A stretch of 64,000 nucleotides of DNA, from positions 27,860 through 91,859 of the forward strand of contig JBEULP010000108.1 of NCBI GenBank assembly GCA_041287245.1, read 5' to 3'. The notes beneath the pieces were generated by a model. It ran no database searches and was not told the origin of the DNA. It saw only the letters and a program-made list of their open reading frames with translations. Positions 18,552 to 27,358 of the stretch are shown in pieces. Numbering within the stretch: the first letter of the stretch is position 1; the number at the start of each line of letters is the position of its first letter. The position numbers and the translations under genes were made by a program. The stretch is from Infirmifilum sp. (GTDB lineage: Archaea > Thermoproteota > Thermoprotei > Thermofilales > Thermofilaceae).

Positions 18552-19366
18552 ATGGCTGAGGCTAAGACTCTGATCATAGCCCACGGCGACTGTGACGGGG
18601 TTACTTCGGCAGCTCTAGCGCTCTCTATATACGCAGGTAAGGTCGTGTTCTCTCACCCTGTAGGCATCCTTGGAGACCTGGACGAGTTCTCAGAGGATGC
18701 GGACAGGATAGTAATCCTAGATATAGCCTTAGATGAGAGGCATTGGAGACAACTTGCGGAAAGACTCGCTGGGTATTGGGAAGCTATATACGTGGATCAC
18801 CACCCCCCTCCTGTGGGATCGCTAGAGTTCCTGCGGGAGAAAGGAGTGAAAGTAAACCACGAGGAGAATGCGTGCACAGCAGAGCTCACCTTCAGGTATC
18901 TAAAGCCTAGGGCTGACCTTAGCCGCGTAGCTCGTATCAGAAAAGAATGAATTGAAAGATGGCGTAGTCACCTATGCATCCGTATAGAGCTACGCGGGTA
19001 TCAGAAAAGAATGAATTGAAAGAGCAGGCTACGGTAATAGAGGAGGCACGCGAGAAACTCCCAAAGCGCTTAAAGGTTCTGAAGAACATAGCGTTTGTAG
19101 AGCACCCAGAGGCCAGCCTGGGGATAATGGCTTTCTATGCCGCAGTGGTCTCAGGTATGAGGGTGGGAGTTGCTATAGAAGTTAAAGACGGGTGGGCGGT
19201 AATGAGCCTAAGGGCTAAGGATCCACGCGTAGACCTCAACAGCCTGCTACGTAACATCGCGCCTTCATTTAAGGGCCATGGCGGAGGACATAGGAGTGCG
19301 GCAGGCGCCAGGGTCCCCCTAGAAAATCTGACAGCCTTTCTTTCAGCCCTGGATGAAAGCCTTTAG
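18552..19366 (+). pseudogene. DHH/DHHA1 phosphoesterase gene disrupted by a CRISPR repeat-spacer-repeat that replaces its middle
   Basis: The N-part (18552-18933) has HGDCDG, ILDIA, YVDHH and CTAEL. The C-part (19023-19366) has SLR...GGGHRSAAG (DHHA1). The first repeat supplies a TGA at 18948-18950, and the central region is missing. Confidence 0.85.
18934..19022 (+). CRISPR. Mini CRISPR array: two identical 25-nt repeats GTATCAGAAAAGAATGAATTGAAAG and one 39-nt spacer
   Basis: Repeats at 18934-18958 and 18998-19022 end in the archaeal ATTGAAAG handle. The spacer at 18959-18997 is ATGGCGTAGTCACCTATGCATCCGTATAGAGCTACGCGG. Confidence 0.88.
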
Positions 19367-19653
19367 ACTTTTATCAGCGACAGGGTTTTTCTGTCGAGAC
19401 TTCTTATTTTCTCGCGGGCTTCTTGAAGGCTCGCAGCATGCTCAATTCCCTCAACACGCACATTGTAATACTCTTCAACAGAGCTTTCAGCTAACAATTT
19501 TCTTACATCCATGTCATCGTCAAGGACAAGGTATACGTAGCTACCCAAACTGTAGACTGCCTGCACGCCTGCTAGCCTCATAAAGTGCTCCTTTGCTGGG
19601 GCAACACAGCTAGCGCAGCCAATACCTGACACCTTGAGAGTTACGAGTTTCAT
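19363..19653 (-). CDS. Heavy-metal-associated (HMA, CopZ-like) domain protein
   Basis: LKVSGIGCASCV metal-binding motif. Confidence 0.75.
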   Translation of the reverse strand: MKLVTLKVSGIGCASCVAPAKEHFMRLAGVQAVYSLGSYVYLVLDDDMDVRKLLAESSVEEYYNVRVEGIEHAASLQEAREKIRSLDRKTLSLIKV

Positions 19654-19740
19654 TTGGAACCCTTCCTCTCTATAGGTTCCCGTTATAAAAACTTATCAGA
19701 GGAGGAAATAATTATATGGTTGGTAAGGGATTCTATCTTA

Positions 19741-21138
19741 ATGGACACGCTTAATGCTAAGCCCATTCTTGAATACGAGTTCTCAGGAGAAGCAGGCCCT
19801 GAAAAACGTTTAGGTTTTCAATATCTAGACTTTAGCGTTCCCGAATCGTCCTGCACCCTGGAGGTTGAATACGATTATAAAGGTTTGGGCCCTGGCGAGG
19901 TAACCATAGATATCGGACTATTCGAGCCTGGCGAGATAGAGTTAGCGGAGGGGATGAAGAGTTTCCGAGGATGGAGCGGCTCGACCAAGCGGAAATTCTA
20001 TGTTTCAAGGGCATGGGCAACCCCGGGCTATTTGCCTGGAGATGTAAAACCGGGTACTTGGAAAGTAATTCTAGGCTTCTACAAGATACCGGAGAGGGGC
20101 GTTGCGTATAGCGTGAGAGTACGAGTTTACCGTGAATGCTTCGACGCTTCTAAAAAGCCAAATGTTGTAGAGAAAAGGAAAAGCTATAGGGGGTGGGTTA
20201 AGGGTGATTTACATATGCACTCGGTACATAGCGACGGTGACTCTACGCTATACGAAATAGCGGAACTTGCCCACTCCATGGGTCTAGACTTTGTCTCTGT
20301 AACAGACCACAATACAGTTTCACAAATAGCTGAGCTGGACTGGAGCTCTGCCTACATAAACAATGTCCTATTCATAAGAGGAGTAGAAGTAACAACGTAT
20401 AAGGGCCACATGAACGTCTATGGCGCCAGCGAGGTGCCTGACTTCCGGCTTAGCACTCGGGCCGACCTGGAAAGAATCGTATCGTACTTGAAGAGTAAGA
20501 ACTTCTTTTTATCCGTTAACCACCCGAAGCCACTAGGACCTGACTGGGAGTTTGGGGACATGTCTTTTGCCGATGCAGTCGAAGTGTTCCATTCCGTGTG
20601 GGAGTTCAACAATCATGTCTCTCTTAGGAAGTGGGACGAGCTTCTACAAAAAGGGCTTAGGATAGGGTTGATAGGGGGTAGTGACGCTCACGAGATGAAG
20701 GGAAAGGCAAGCCTCCTCCTACCAGGTGTTCCTACAACTTGGGTATATGTGGACGAGCTGAGCGAGCCTGGTGTGTTAGCAGGTCTCAGGTCTCAAAAGG
20801 TCTTTGTCTCAGAATCTGTCCAGGGCCCAAAGTTGTTCTTGAAAGCCTTCTCGGGGGGTCGTGAATACGGGCTTGGTGAAACAATAGACTCTGGGGATGT
20901 AAAGTTGGCTGTTCAGGTAGAAGGAGCTGAGGGTCAGTACTTAAGGCTCATAAGCCAGGGAGAGGTGATAGCTACCGAGAAGGTAAACAGCGGTATCTTC
21001 GCGAGAAAATTCAATTTAAACATGAAAGGCGCTTATGTCAGGGCTGAGGTTCTGAAAGAAGTAGCTGATCTAGGAGATCCTTATCACCCGGATAATATTA
21101 TCTCTGTTTTAAGCTCGCCTATCTATCTTAACATATAA
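19741..21138 (+). CDS. PHP-domain metallohydrolase (CehA/McbA-like)
   Basis: GDLHMHSVHSDG, VTDHN, GVEVT, NHP and GGSDAH; N-terminal FRGWSG...ATPGYLPG domain. Confidence 0.8.
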   Translation: MDTLNAKPILEYEFSGEAGPEKRLGFQYLDFSVPESSCTLEVEYDYKGLGPGEVTIDIGLFEPGEIELAEGMKSFRGWSGSTKRKFYVSRAWATPGYLPGDVKPGTWKVILGFYKIPERGVAYSVRVRVYRECFDASKKPNVVEKRKSYRGWVKGDLHMHSVHSDGDSTLYEIAELAHSMGLDFVSVTDHNTVSQIAELDWSSAYINNVLFIRGVEVTTYKGHMNVYGASEVPDFRLSTRADLERIVSYLKSKNFFLSVNHPKPLGPDWEFGDMSFADAVEVFHSVWEFNNHVSLRKWDELLQKGLRIGLIGGSDAHEMKGKASLLLPGVPTTWVYVDELSEPGVLAGLRSQKVFVSESVQGPKLFLKAFSGGREYGLGETIDSGDVKLAVQVEGAEGQYLRLISQGEVIATEKVNSGIFARKFNLNMKGAYVRAEVLKEVADLGDPYHPDNIISVLSSPIYLNI

Positions 21139-21164
21139 ATAAAACTCTCACAAAGAATTTATGT

Positions 21165-22454
21165 ATGTTGACCAGACTACAGAAGATCTCTTATGGTATT
21201 GGAAGGCTGGGATCAACTACTCTCTTAAGCGCCTTCAGCTTCGCTGGCTTCTATCTATACTGGGATGTTTACAAGCTTGACCCCAAGTTGAGCGGCGTGG
21301 TAAGCGCAGTGGGAAAACTTGCCATTCTGATAAACTCGATAATAATGGGGTATCTTAGCGACGCTACGCGGACCAGGATTGGTAAGAGAAAACCATATAT
21401 CATCACAGGGGCTCCCATGCTTGCATTGTCGGCAATTCTATACTTCACACCGTTTTACTTTATATCAATCGAGGACAAAACGGCACTGTTCTACTGGGGG
21501 GCATTCTGGAGCGCGGCCTTCAACTTCTTTTACGGCTACCTTCTAACCCCTTTCCAAGCGTGGATGCCTGAGATAACAGAACCGGCTGAAAGAATAACTA
21601 TCACCACTCTGCAGAATGTCTCGAACATTTTAGGCAATGTTATAGGTGTTGTATTCAGCTTCCTCGTTCCAAGGTTATACCAAGGTGGTTTGCTTCTACC
21701 CGTTATGATCGCTTTTTCTATTCTAGAAGTTGTTCTCTACATGCCAAGCGTGCTGGTGATCCCGGTTGAGAGGAAGACCGTCCTAACGCCTAAAATCTCG
21801 CGGGACATAGTGGACCTGTTCAAATATAAAGAGTTTATGCTATGGGAGGGTGTCCGCATGCTCATGTCTGCGGTGGAGACGATGATCACAGCTCTCATAG
21901 TTAAGTATGTAAGCTCGGTTATGGGACTAGGTCAAGACATGGCTTCTGTGATTTTCGGTGTTGTTATGATCGTGCTCGTTATGGGCGCCTTTCCTTTCTG
22001 GGGGAGACAGGCGAAAAGGATCGGGAAAGGTCCCGCCCTTGTCAGAGCGGCGGTTATTCTCACTTTCGGATTATTTATGGCCCCGCTCCCCGCATTTCTC
22101 CCTTCTTCACCCCTTAAGACGGTGGCCGGCTTGCTTGCGATAATCCTGGGAGCAGTAGGGCTTTCAGCCTATGAGCTTTTCCCGTATGCTGTCATAGCAG
22201 ACCTGGCTCACTGGAACGAGTCTAAGACCGGACTGAGTAGAGCAGGATTATTCACAGGCTTTGAGGGGATACCAATTAATATCTCCCAGTCTCTAACATA
22301 CGTCTTCCTGGGTTATCTAGTATCTCTTCCTTCTTTCGACGGGTATGAGTACACGTGGGGACTTGTTTTGTGGGGACCTATAGCCGCTCTCATGACTTTA
22401 GCAGCCATAGGCATACTTAGGAAGACAAATATAGACCCCTTCAAGGAGCAGTGA
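21165..22454 (+). CDS. MFS transporter, GPH (glycoside-pentoside-hexuronide) type
   Basis: GYLSDATRTRIGKRKPYI motif and about 12 TM helices. Confidence 0.8.
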   Translation: MLTRLQKISYGIGRLGSTTLLSAFSFAGFYLYWDVYKLDPKLSGVVSAVGKLAILINSIIMGYLSDATRTRIGKRKPYIITGAPMLALSAILYFTPFYFISIEDKTALFYWGAFWSAAFNFFYGYLLTPFQAWMPEITEPAERITITTLQNVSNILGNVIGVVFSFLVPRLYQGGLLLPVMIAFSILEVVLYMPSVLVIPVERKTVLTPKISRDIVDLFKYKEFMLWEGVRMLMSAVETMITALIVKYVSSVMGLGQDMASVIFGVVMIVLVMGAFPFWGRQAKRIGKGPALVRAAVILTFGLFMAPLPAFLPSSPLKTVAGLLAIILGAVGLSAYELFPYAVIADLAHWNESKTGLSRAGLFTGFEGIPINISQSLTYVFLGYLVSLPSFDGYEYTWGLVLWGPIAALMTLAAIGILRKTNIDPFKEQ

Positions 22455-22490
22455 GAAAACTTTTTCTTCAGTAAATAGGTTTACAAGCCC

Positions 22491-23276
22491 GTGATGGACT
22501 GGTTGGTAGCGCAATTTGTTCAAATCACAGGGGACAACCTTTTACTAGCGAGTCTCATAACGGGGCTCTTCGTAGCCTTCACCACAAGCCTAGGCTCTCT
22601 CGGGGTCTTTTTCTATCGGAGCAAATCGCCAGACATGTCTCTGTCGTTAGCCTTCGCCTCGGGTATAATGCTTGTAGCCAGCTTTACAAGCTTGATAATA
22701 CCTGCTACCCGGCTAGCCGGATTCCCCCTAGTCGCCACCGGCATCGCGCTCGGAGTGGTAGCCATTCACCTCACAGATTCCCTCATACCTCACGAGCACC
22801 TGGTGAGGGGGTATGAAGGACACCCGGCCGGCAAGAGGCTGTTAAAGAAGGTCTGGCTAATTGCCATGGCTATTATCATCCACAACTTCCCGGAGGGCCT
22901 GGCCGTGGGGACATCAGTCGCCTATTCAATCCCCCTCGGCCTAGCTACGGCAATCGCTATCGGTATCCAGGACATACCCGAGGGCCTGGCTGTAAGCCTA
23001 CCTGTTTCCGCCACAAGCGGTAAGCGAATGGGGGTTTTCATCGGGGTTTTAAGCGGCTTAAGTGAGACTCTGATGGCGGTCGTCGGAGCTCTTCTCTTCT
23101 CTCAGACAGCCTGGCTCCTACCGCTTGGGATGGGCTTCGCCGGCGGTGCGATGCTGTACGTGACCCTCAAGGAGGCTATACCTGAAGTATACAGGGAGGA
23201 GGAGCCCCCGCTCAAGATAACGTTAGGCTTCCTCATCGGCTTCTACCTGATGCTATTCCTCGACTCCATTTTCTAG
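22491..23276 (+). CDS. ZIP-family (ZupT/GufA) metal transporter
   Basis: IIHNFPEGLAVG, IQDIPEGLAV and FAGGAMLYV motifs. Confidence 0.88.
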   Translation: MMDWLVAQFVQITGDNLLLASLITGLFVAFTTSLGSLGVFFYRSKSPDMSLSLAFASGIMLVASFTSLIIPATRLAGFPLVATGIALGVVAIHLTDSLIPHEHLVRGYEGHPAGKRLLKKVWLIAMAIIIHNFPEGLAVGTSVAYSIPLGLATAIAIGIQDIPEGLAVSLPVSATSGKRMGVFIGVLSGLSETLMAVVGALLFSQTAWLLPLGMGFAGGAMLYVTLKEAIPEVYREEEPPLKITLGFLIGFYLMLFLDSIF

Positions 23277-23320
23277 CCTACCCCGCAATCTTTTTCAACT
23301 ACGTCGGGGTTTTCCGACGC

Positions 23321-23830
23321 GTGGAGAGCGGTTTTTCACAGTTGCTGAAAAGCCCAAGGGTGGAAAGCGAGTTACAAAACTTTGAAGAGTGGTTCAGGAA
23401 ATACGGCGAGTACATCCTCAAGTACGAAGAGTCTAAAATAACAGTCCGCCTAGCCTGGGTCACACGTATAATGCTAGACGAGGGCTATGCCCTCTTCCCG
23501 GGAAGAGAAGAAAGCGTGAAAAACTACATTGCTGCTTTCTGGGCTGAAAAACTTCCCTCCCTCGGTCTAGATCCAAGGCTGATCACCAAGGGGGATCTCA
23601 AGGGGACCCGGCAAGATGTAATAGATGTACTGACCATGGTTTTTCCTAACATGCAGCAGCAGGAAAGACCCTCCCTTCTGAAAATATTACAAGAGGAGCA
23701 GGTCGCGGTTGAACAAACACTGCCCTTCCTACCATCGAGACTTGTCGTATACTCGAGGATAAGACCCCTCATAGCTCTAACGATGACCATTCTTCTATCT
23801 GCACTTATGATAATCCTGCTATCACGTTAA
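23321..23830 (+). CDS. Hypothetical protein with C-terminal TM helix
   Basis: 169-aa ORF with plausible composition and a hydrophobic tail. Confidence 0.55.
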   Translation: MESGFSQLLKSPRVESELQNFEEWFRKYGEYILKYEESKITVRLAWVTRIMLDEGYALFPGREESVKNYIAAFWAEKLPSLGLDPRLITKGDLKGTRQDVIDVLTMVFPNMQQQERPSLLKILQEEQVAVEQTLPFLPSRLVVYSRIRPLIALTMTILLSALMIILLSR

Positions 23831-24197
23831 CCGGCGCGCACCTATGACACACCTGACAAGCTCATCACCAAGTCCCTTAATCAATATAGAGTACAAAGAT
23901 CCTCTAAGAAACTAAAGAAAGATGTTCCACCATTAGAGCCACAAATTCAAATGCTTTAAAAGCCTAAGCTAAAAGCGTGTAGCATATTATCGAGAAGGCT
24001 GATGCATTGAAGAGGAAAAGGGTCTCAAATCTTCATAACGCAACTGTTGATTTCAGGAGAGATGCTAAATAAAATTTTTCAACCAGGAAAAGGTTAAGAA
24101 TCTCCACCCTCAATACCGGATATAGCAGAAGACTTTTGATTGTCTGAAAACTTCATGAGGAAAAGATTGAATTCAACGAGACGAGAAAAATAAGGGT

Positions 24198-24582
24198 ATG
24201 GGTGTTGCAATTGAGATTGAAAATTTGCCAAAGAAGCTTCAGAAGAAAGGTTTAAAGGAAAAACTGGTTGAAATATGTGAGAGACACAACATTGTTTTCA
24301 TGGCTGTTTTCGGTTCCTTTGTGAGGGGGAGCAGAAAGCAGAGAGCGATATAGATATAGCTATTGAGTTTGATAAGAATAGTAGAAAGTCCCTTTTTGAT
24401 CTTGTTAGGATTGAGGAAGAGTTAAGAGAGGTTTTTGGAAGGAAAGTAGATTTAGGAATTTTTAGCAGTATAAATCCCCACATAGAAAAAAGATAAAGGA
24501 TACCTTAAGCACATCTTGGAGGTTATAGCGAACATATAAATGTTTAATATCTATAATCCTGAAAGAGATTGAAGAAACTTAA
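24198..24582 (+). pseudogene. Decayed MNT (minimal nucleotidyltransferase)-HEPN (DUF86) toxin-antitoxin pair
   Basis: ATG 24198 reads ...VFGSFVRG, then a frameshift in the G5 run at 24325-24329 continues EQKAESDIDIAIEF...FGRKVDL to TAA 24496. HEPN-like remnants follow (KDKGYLKHILEVIANI*; ...IILKEIEET*). The segment is AT-rich. Confidence 0.75.
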
Positions 24583-24727
24583 TCTGAAAAACAAAATTGC
24601 TAGATGCTGCGAGGCGGGTTAGACCAAAAATGCCTGGGGATCTTGGGATTCTTGGTGGAAAAAGTTGCCTGCGTCCTGTGTAGCTGGAATTCCAAAATTA
24701 GTTCACATGGGCTGGGGCTAATAGCTC

Positions 24728-25129
24728 TTATCCTCCTGCTGAACTAGCAATCAAGGATTTTATTTTGCCCGCGAAGGATGCCTTGTCGATAATAGCTCTT
24801 TCATGGAGAGCATAACCTATCATTAGGTTTCCGCTCCACACCTCCACCCAGAATAAAACCCGCTTCTCGTCTGAGTGTAGCACCGTGGCTCGAACCTCGA
24901 GTTCAGAGCCTAGAACTGCAGGCTTCACGTGGTGGACGTCAACTCTAACCCCAACGGTGGTGTGGGTCTCAGGCAGCTGTTGGTCCCAGAATATCCTGCA
25001 GGTTTCCTCGATGAAGCCCACCATGACGGGAGTCGCGAGTACACGTATTCCCTCAACGTCAATATGCTTAGCCACGTCGCCTGGCCCGACTGTGTAGCGT
25101 CTTGTAAAAACCTTCTTCTGCTCCAACAT
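24728..25129 (-). CDS. Hot-dog thioesterase (fluoroacetyl-CoA thioesterase FlK-like)
   Basis: VLATPVMVGFIEE, TTVGVRVDVHH and HERAII motifs; ATG at 25129 with AGGAG RBS. Confidence 0.8.
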   Translation of the reverse strand: MLEQKKVFTRRYTVGPGDVAKHIDVEGIRVLATPVMVGFIEETCRIFWDQQLPETHTTVGVRVDVHHVKPAVLGSELEVRATVLHSDEKRVLFWVEVWSGNLMIGYALHERAIIDKASFAGKIKSLIASSAGG

Positions 25130-25234
25130 ACATCTCCTACATAATCTTGGCTTTCTTTTATTTTTGACCCTTTTCATTTTCAGGATACACTGCGCTAGGA
25201 TTATATCGGGGACGCAGATTGAGAGCATAGAGGA

Positions 25235-26446
25235 ATGTCCTCGAGAATAGCGGGGCTATGCCTTAAATGCAGAGGCGCGAAAAACCTATGTGGACTGCCT
25301 AGTTGCCCGTTTTTCAAGCTTTGGAGAAGCGTTGGCCTCTCCAAGATCACTACGGCTAGTGTTATAGAAGCCCCTTCTCCCCCCTCGATTTTTGTTGGAA
25401 GAATAGGTTATCCCAAGGTCAGAATAGCCCCCTCCGTTACAACCCTGGACGGTGATGCCTCAGTATACGACCTTCCTGAGAAATGGTTGCAATATAGCAT
25501 TGAAGACGTGTTAAACTTCAGGTTAAGCCTAGTAATGGGTAATATCACTGTAGACGTTCGAAAACCCGACCTTATCGGTGAAATAGCCTTGCTCTCCGCC
25601 TCTTCGAAACCCGTCGACCTACAAGTTAAGTTCGCCAAGCCCCCGAGCGGCTTCAGGATAGACCCGTTCTCCCCTCCCTTCGGCCCCTCAGGAACAGCTG
25701 AAAAGATTAAGGTTCTAGACAACCCGCGTATTCCGAGACCTCTAGAGAGGCTACTCGGAGGAGATACTCCTCGGGCCCAGGAAGCGATTTGGAGTCTCTA
25801 TGAGTCGGGCTTACCAGTCTCAACGATACAACGAGTCTTCTCCGCTGGCCTCATCGGGAGAGAGAGGAAGATCGTCCCTACTAGATGGTCGATAACGGCT
25901 GTGGATGATATTATTTCTCAGCGCATAGTAAAAGAGGTTAAGAAATATCCTTCTATCAACACATTTCTTTTCTTCGAGAGGAGGTATTCAAATAACCTTT
26001 TCATCGGTATTCTAGCACCAGCCTCCTGGAGCTTCGAGTGGATAGAGGCCTGGTTTCCGCACACGACGTGGAATCCGGGGGCTAAGGTAGAAGTAGAGGC
26101 TGACTGGGAAGGCTATACTGGGCGTAAGGAATACGCAACCCTTGGGGGATGCTACTACTCAGCTAGGCTGGGAGCCGCAGAGTTTCTCAGGAAGTTGAAG
26201 CGACAGGCTACCGTCCTTCTTATCCGCGAAATATACGAGGGATTCTTCCTACCCATAGGAGTCTGGTTTGTACGGGAAAATATTAGAGAGTTATTCAAAT
26301 CAGAGCCTGAGAGGTACGACACGGTTAAAGAGGTTCTTGAAAGGCTGGGTAAAACTACGCGGCTGCCCCTACAAGTATGGCTGGACAAGTCACGCGTGCT
26401 CAAGGATCTGACTGCGCAGAAAAAGCTTGAGGTGAAGGGTTTCTGA
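25235..26446 (+). CDS. nreA: Archaeal DNA repair protein Nre (NreA, DUF650/651)
   Basis: CxxCxG...LCG..CP zinc motif, SPPSIFVGRIGYPKV, VPTRWSITAVD, GGCYYSARL and PIGVWFVRE. Confidence 0.88.
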   Translation: MSSRIAGLCLKCRGAKNLCGLPSCPFFKLWRSVGLSKITTASVIEAPSPPSIFVGRIGYPKVRIAPSVTTLDGDASVYDLPEKWLQYSIEDVLNFRLSLVMGNITVDVRKPDLIGEIALLSASSKPVDLQVKFAKPPSGFRIDPFSPPFGPSGTAEKIKVLDNPRIPRPLERLLGGDTPRAQEAIWSLYESGLPVSTIQRVFSAGLIGRERKIVPTRWSITAVDDIISQRIVKEVKKYPSINTFLFFERRYSNNLFIGILAPASWSFEWIEAWFPHTTWNPGAKVEVEADWEGYTGRKEYATLGGCYYSARLGAAEFLRKLKRQATVLLIREIYEGFFLPIGVWFVRENIRELFKSEPERYDTVKEVLERLGKTTRLPLQVWLDKSRVLKDLTAQKKLEVKGF

Positions 26447-27276
26447 GTGTCACATACAAGAAGATTCACGTGCAACATGCCTTATCCAAGTCAGGTTTAC
26501 CCGATCTTGACTACTCTTTCAACCCTTACGTGGGCTGTAGCCACGCCTGCGTCTACTGCTATGCGAGAGCTTTCACGCGTTACAAAGAGGTCTCGAGCAA
26601 CTGGGGTAAAATAGTTTACATTAAGGAGAACATAATAGATGTTCTCAAAAGCGAGGTTAACAGGCTAAGAAAAGGTGTAGTGGGCGTCTCGACAATAACC
26701 GACCCCTACCAGCCGGTAGAGGCTGAAGAGAAGCTTACTCGCCGGGGTATCGAGATATTAGCTAAAAACGGGTTTCATGTAAGCGTTCAGACAAAGTCCC
26801 CCCTAGTAGTCAGAGATCTTGATATAATCTCGTCCTACAAGGATTTCTTTGACGTTGGCTTCACAATAACCACCTTAGATTCCCGGGTGGCAGGCGTCAT
26901 AGAGCCCGGTGCGCCCCCACCCCCAGCCCGGGTCGAGGCGCTTAGACGGGTATCTTCCTTGAACGTGGAAACATGGGTTTTTCTCGGCCCGATAATGAGA
27001 GGTGTGAATGACTCTCGTCAATCCATAGAGGCTGTTGTGAGGGTAGCGTTTGAGACGGGATCTAGGCTATACTATGACTTTTACCATCACAAGCCCGAGG
27101 TTGTCGAGAGCATGAAGACTATTCTTCCGGCATATCCTCAGGCTATGGGTGAAACAGTAGGTTGGCGGGAAGAGGTTGTGAGCAACGTTGAGCGAATATG
27201 CCGCGAGACAGGTATTGAGTGTATACCTGCATTCAAACCAAGGAAACCTGCACGAAAAATCATCGATTATTTTTAA
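26443..27276 (+). CDS. Radical SAM protein of the SPL/Rv2578c-like DNA-repair-associated family
   Basis: NPYVGCSHACVYCYA, TDPYQP and QTKS...RDLD motifs. The start is probably CTG 26443 (the track uses GTG 26470). Confidence 0.82.
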   Translation: MSVTYKKIHVQHALSKSGLPDLDYSFNPYVGCSHACVYCYARAFTRYKEVSSNWGKIVYIKENIIDVLKSEVNRLRKGVVGVSTITDPYQPVEAEEKLTRRGIEILAKNGFHVSVQTKSPLVVRDLDIISSYKDFFDVGFTITTLDSRVAGVIEPGAPPPPARVEALRRVSSLNVETWVFLGPIMRGVNDSRQSIEAVVRVAFETGSRLYYDFYHHKPEVVESMKTILPAYPQAMGETVGWREEVVSNVERICRETGIECIPAFKPRKPARKIIDYF

Positions 27277-27358
27277 CGATTAAACACTTGGGCGCCTGTA
27301 CTGTTGTTCTCGCGTGATAGAGTTACGCTTAATATATTCTGCGCCTTTTTAAAATAGG

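Noticed and set aside
18934..19022. Repeat pair as a transposon target-site duplication or simple tandem duplication
   Set aside because: The 25-mer is not DHH coding sequence, ends in the ATTGAAAG CRISPR handle, recurs at 5073-5097 and flanks a spacer-sized insert.
18974..19366. 130-aa ORF as an independent gene
   Set aside because: Its first 16 codons come from the CRISPR spacer and repeat; the rest is the DHHA1 half of the disrupted gene.
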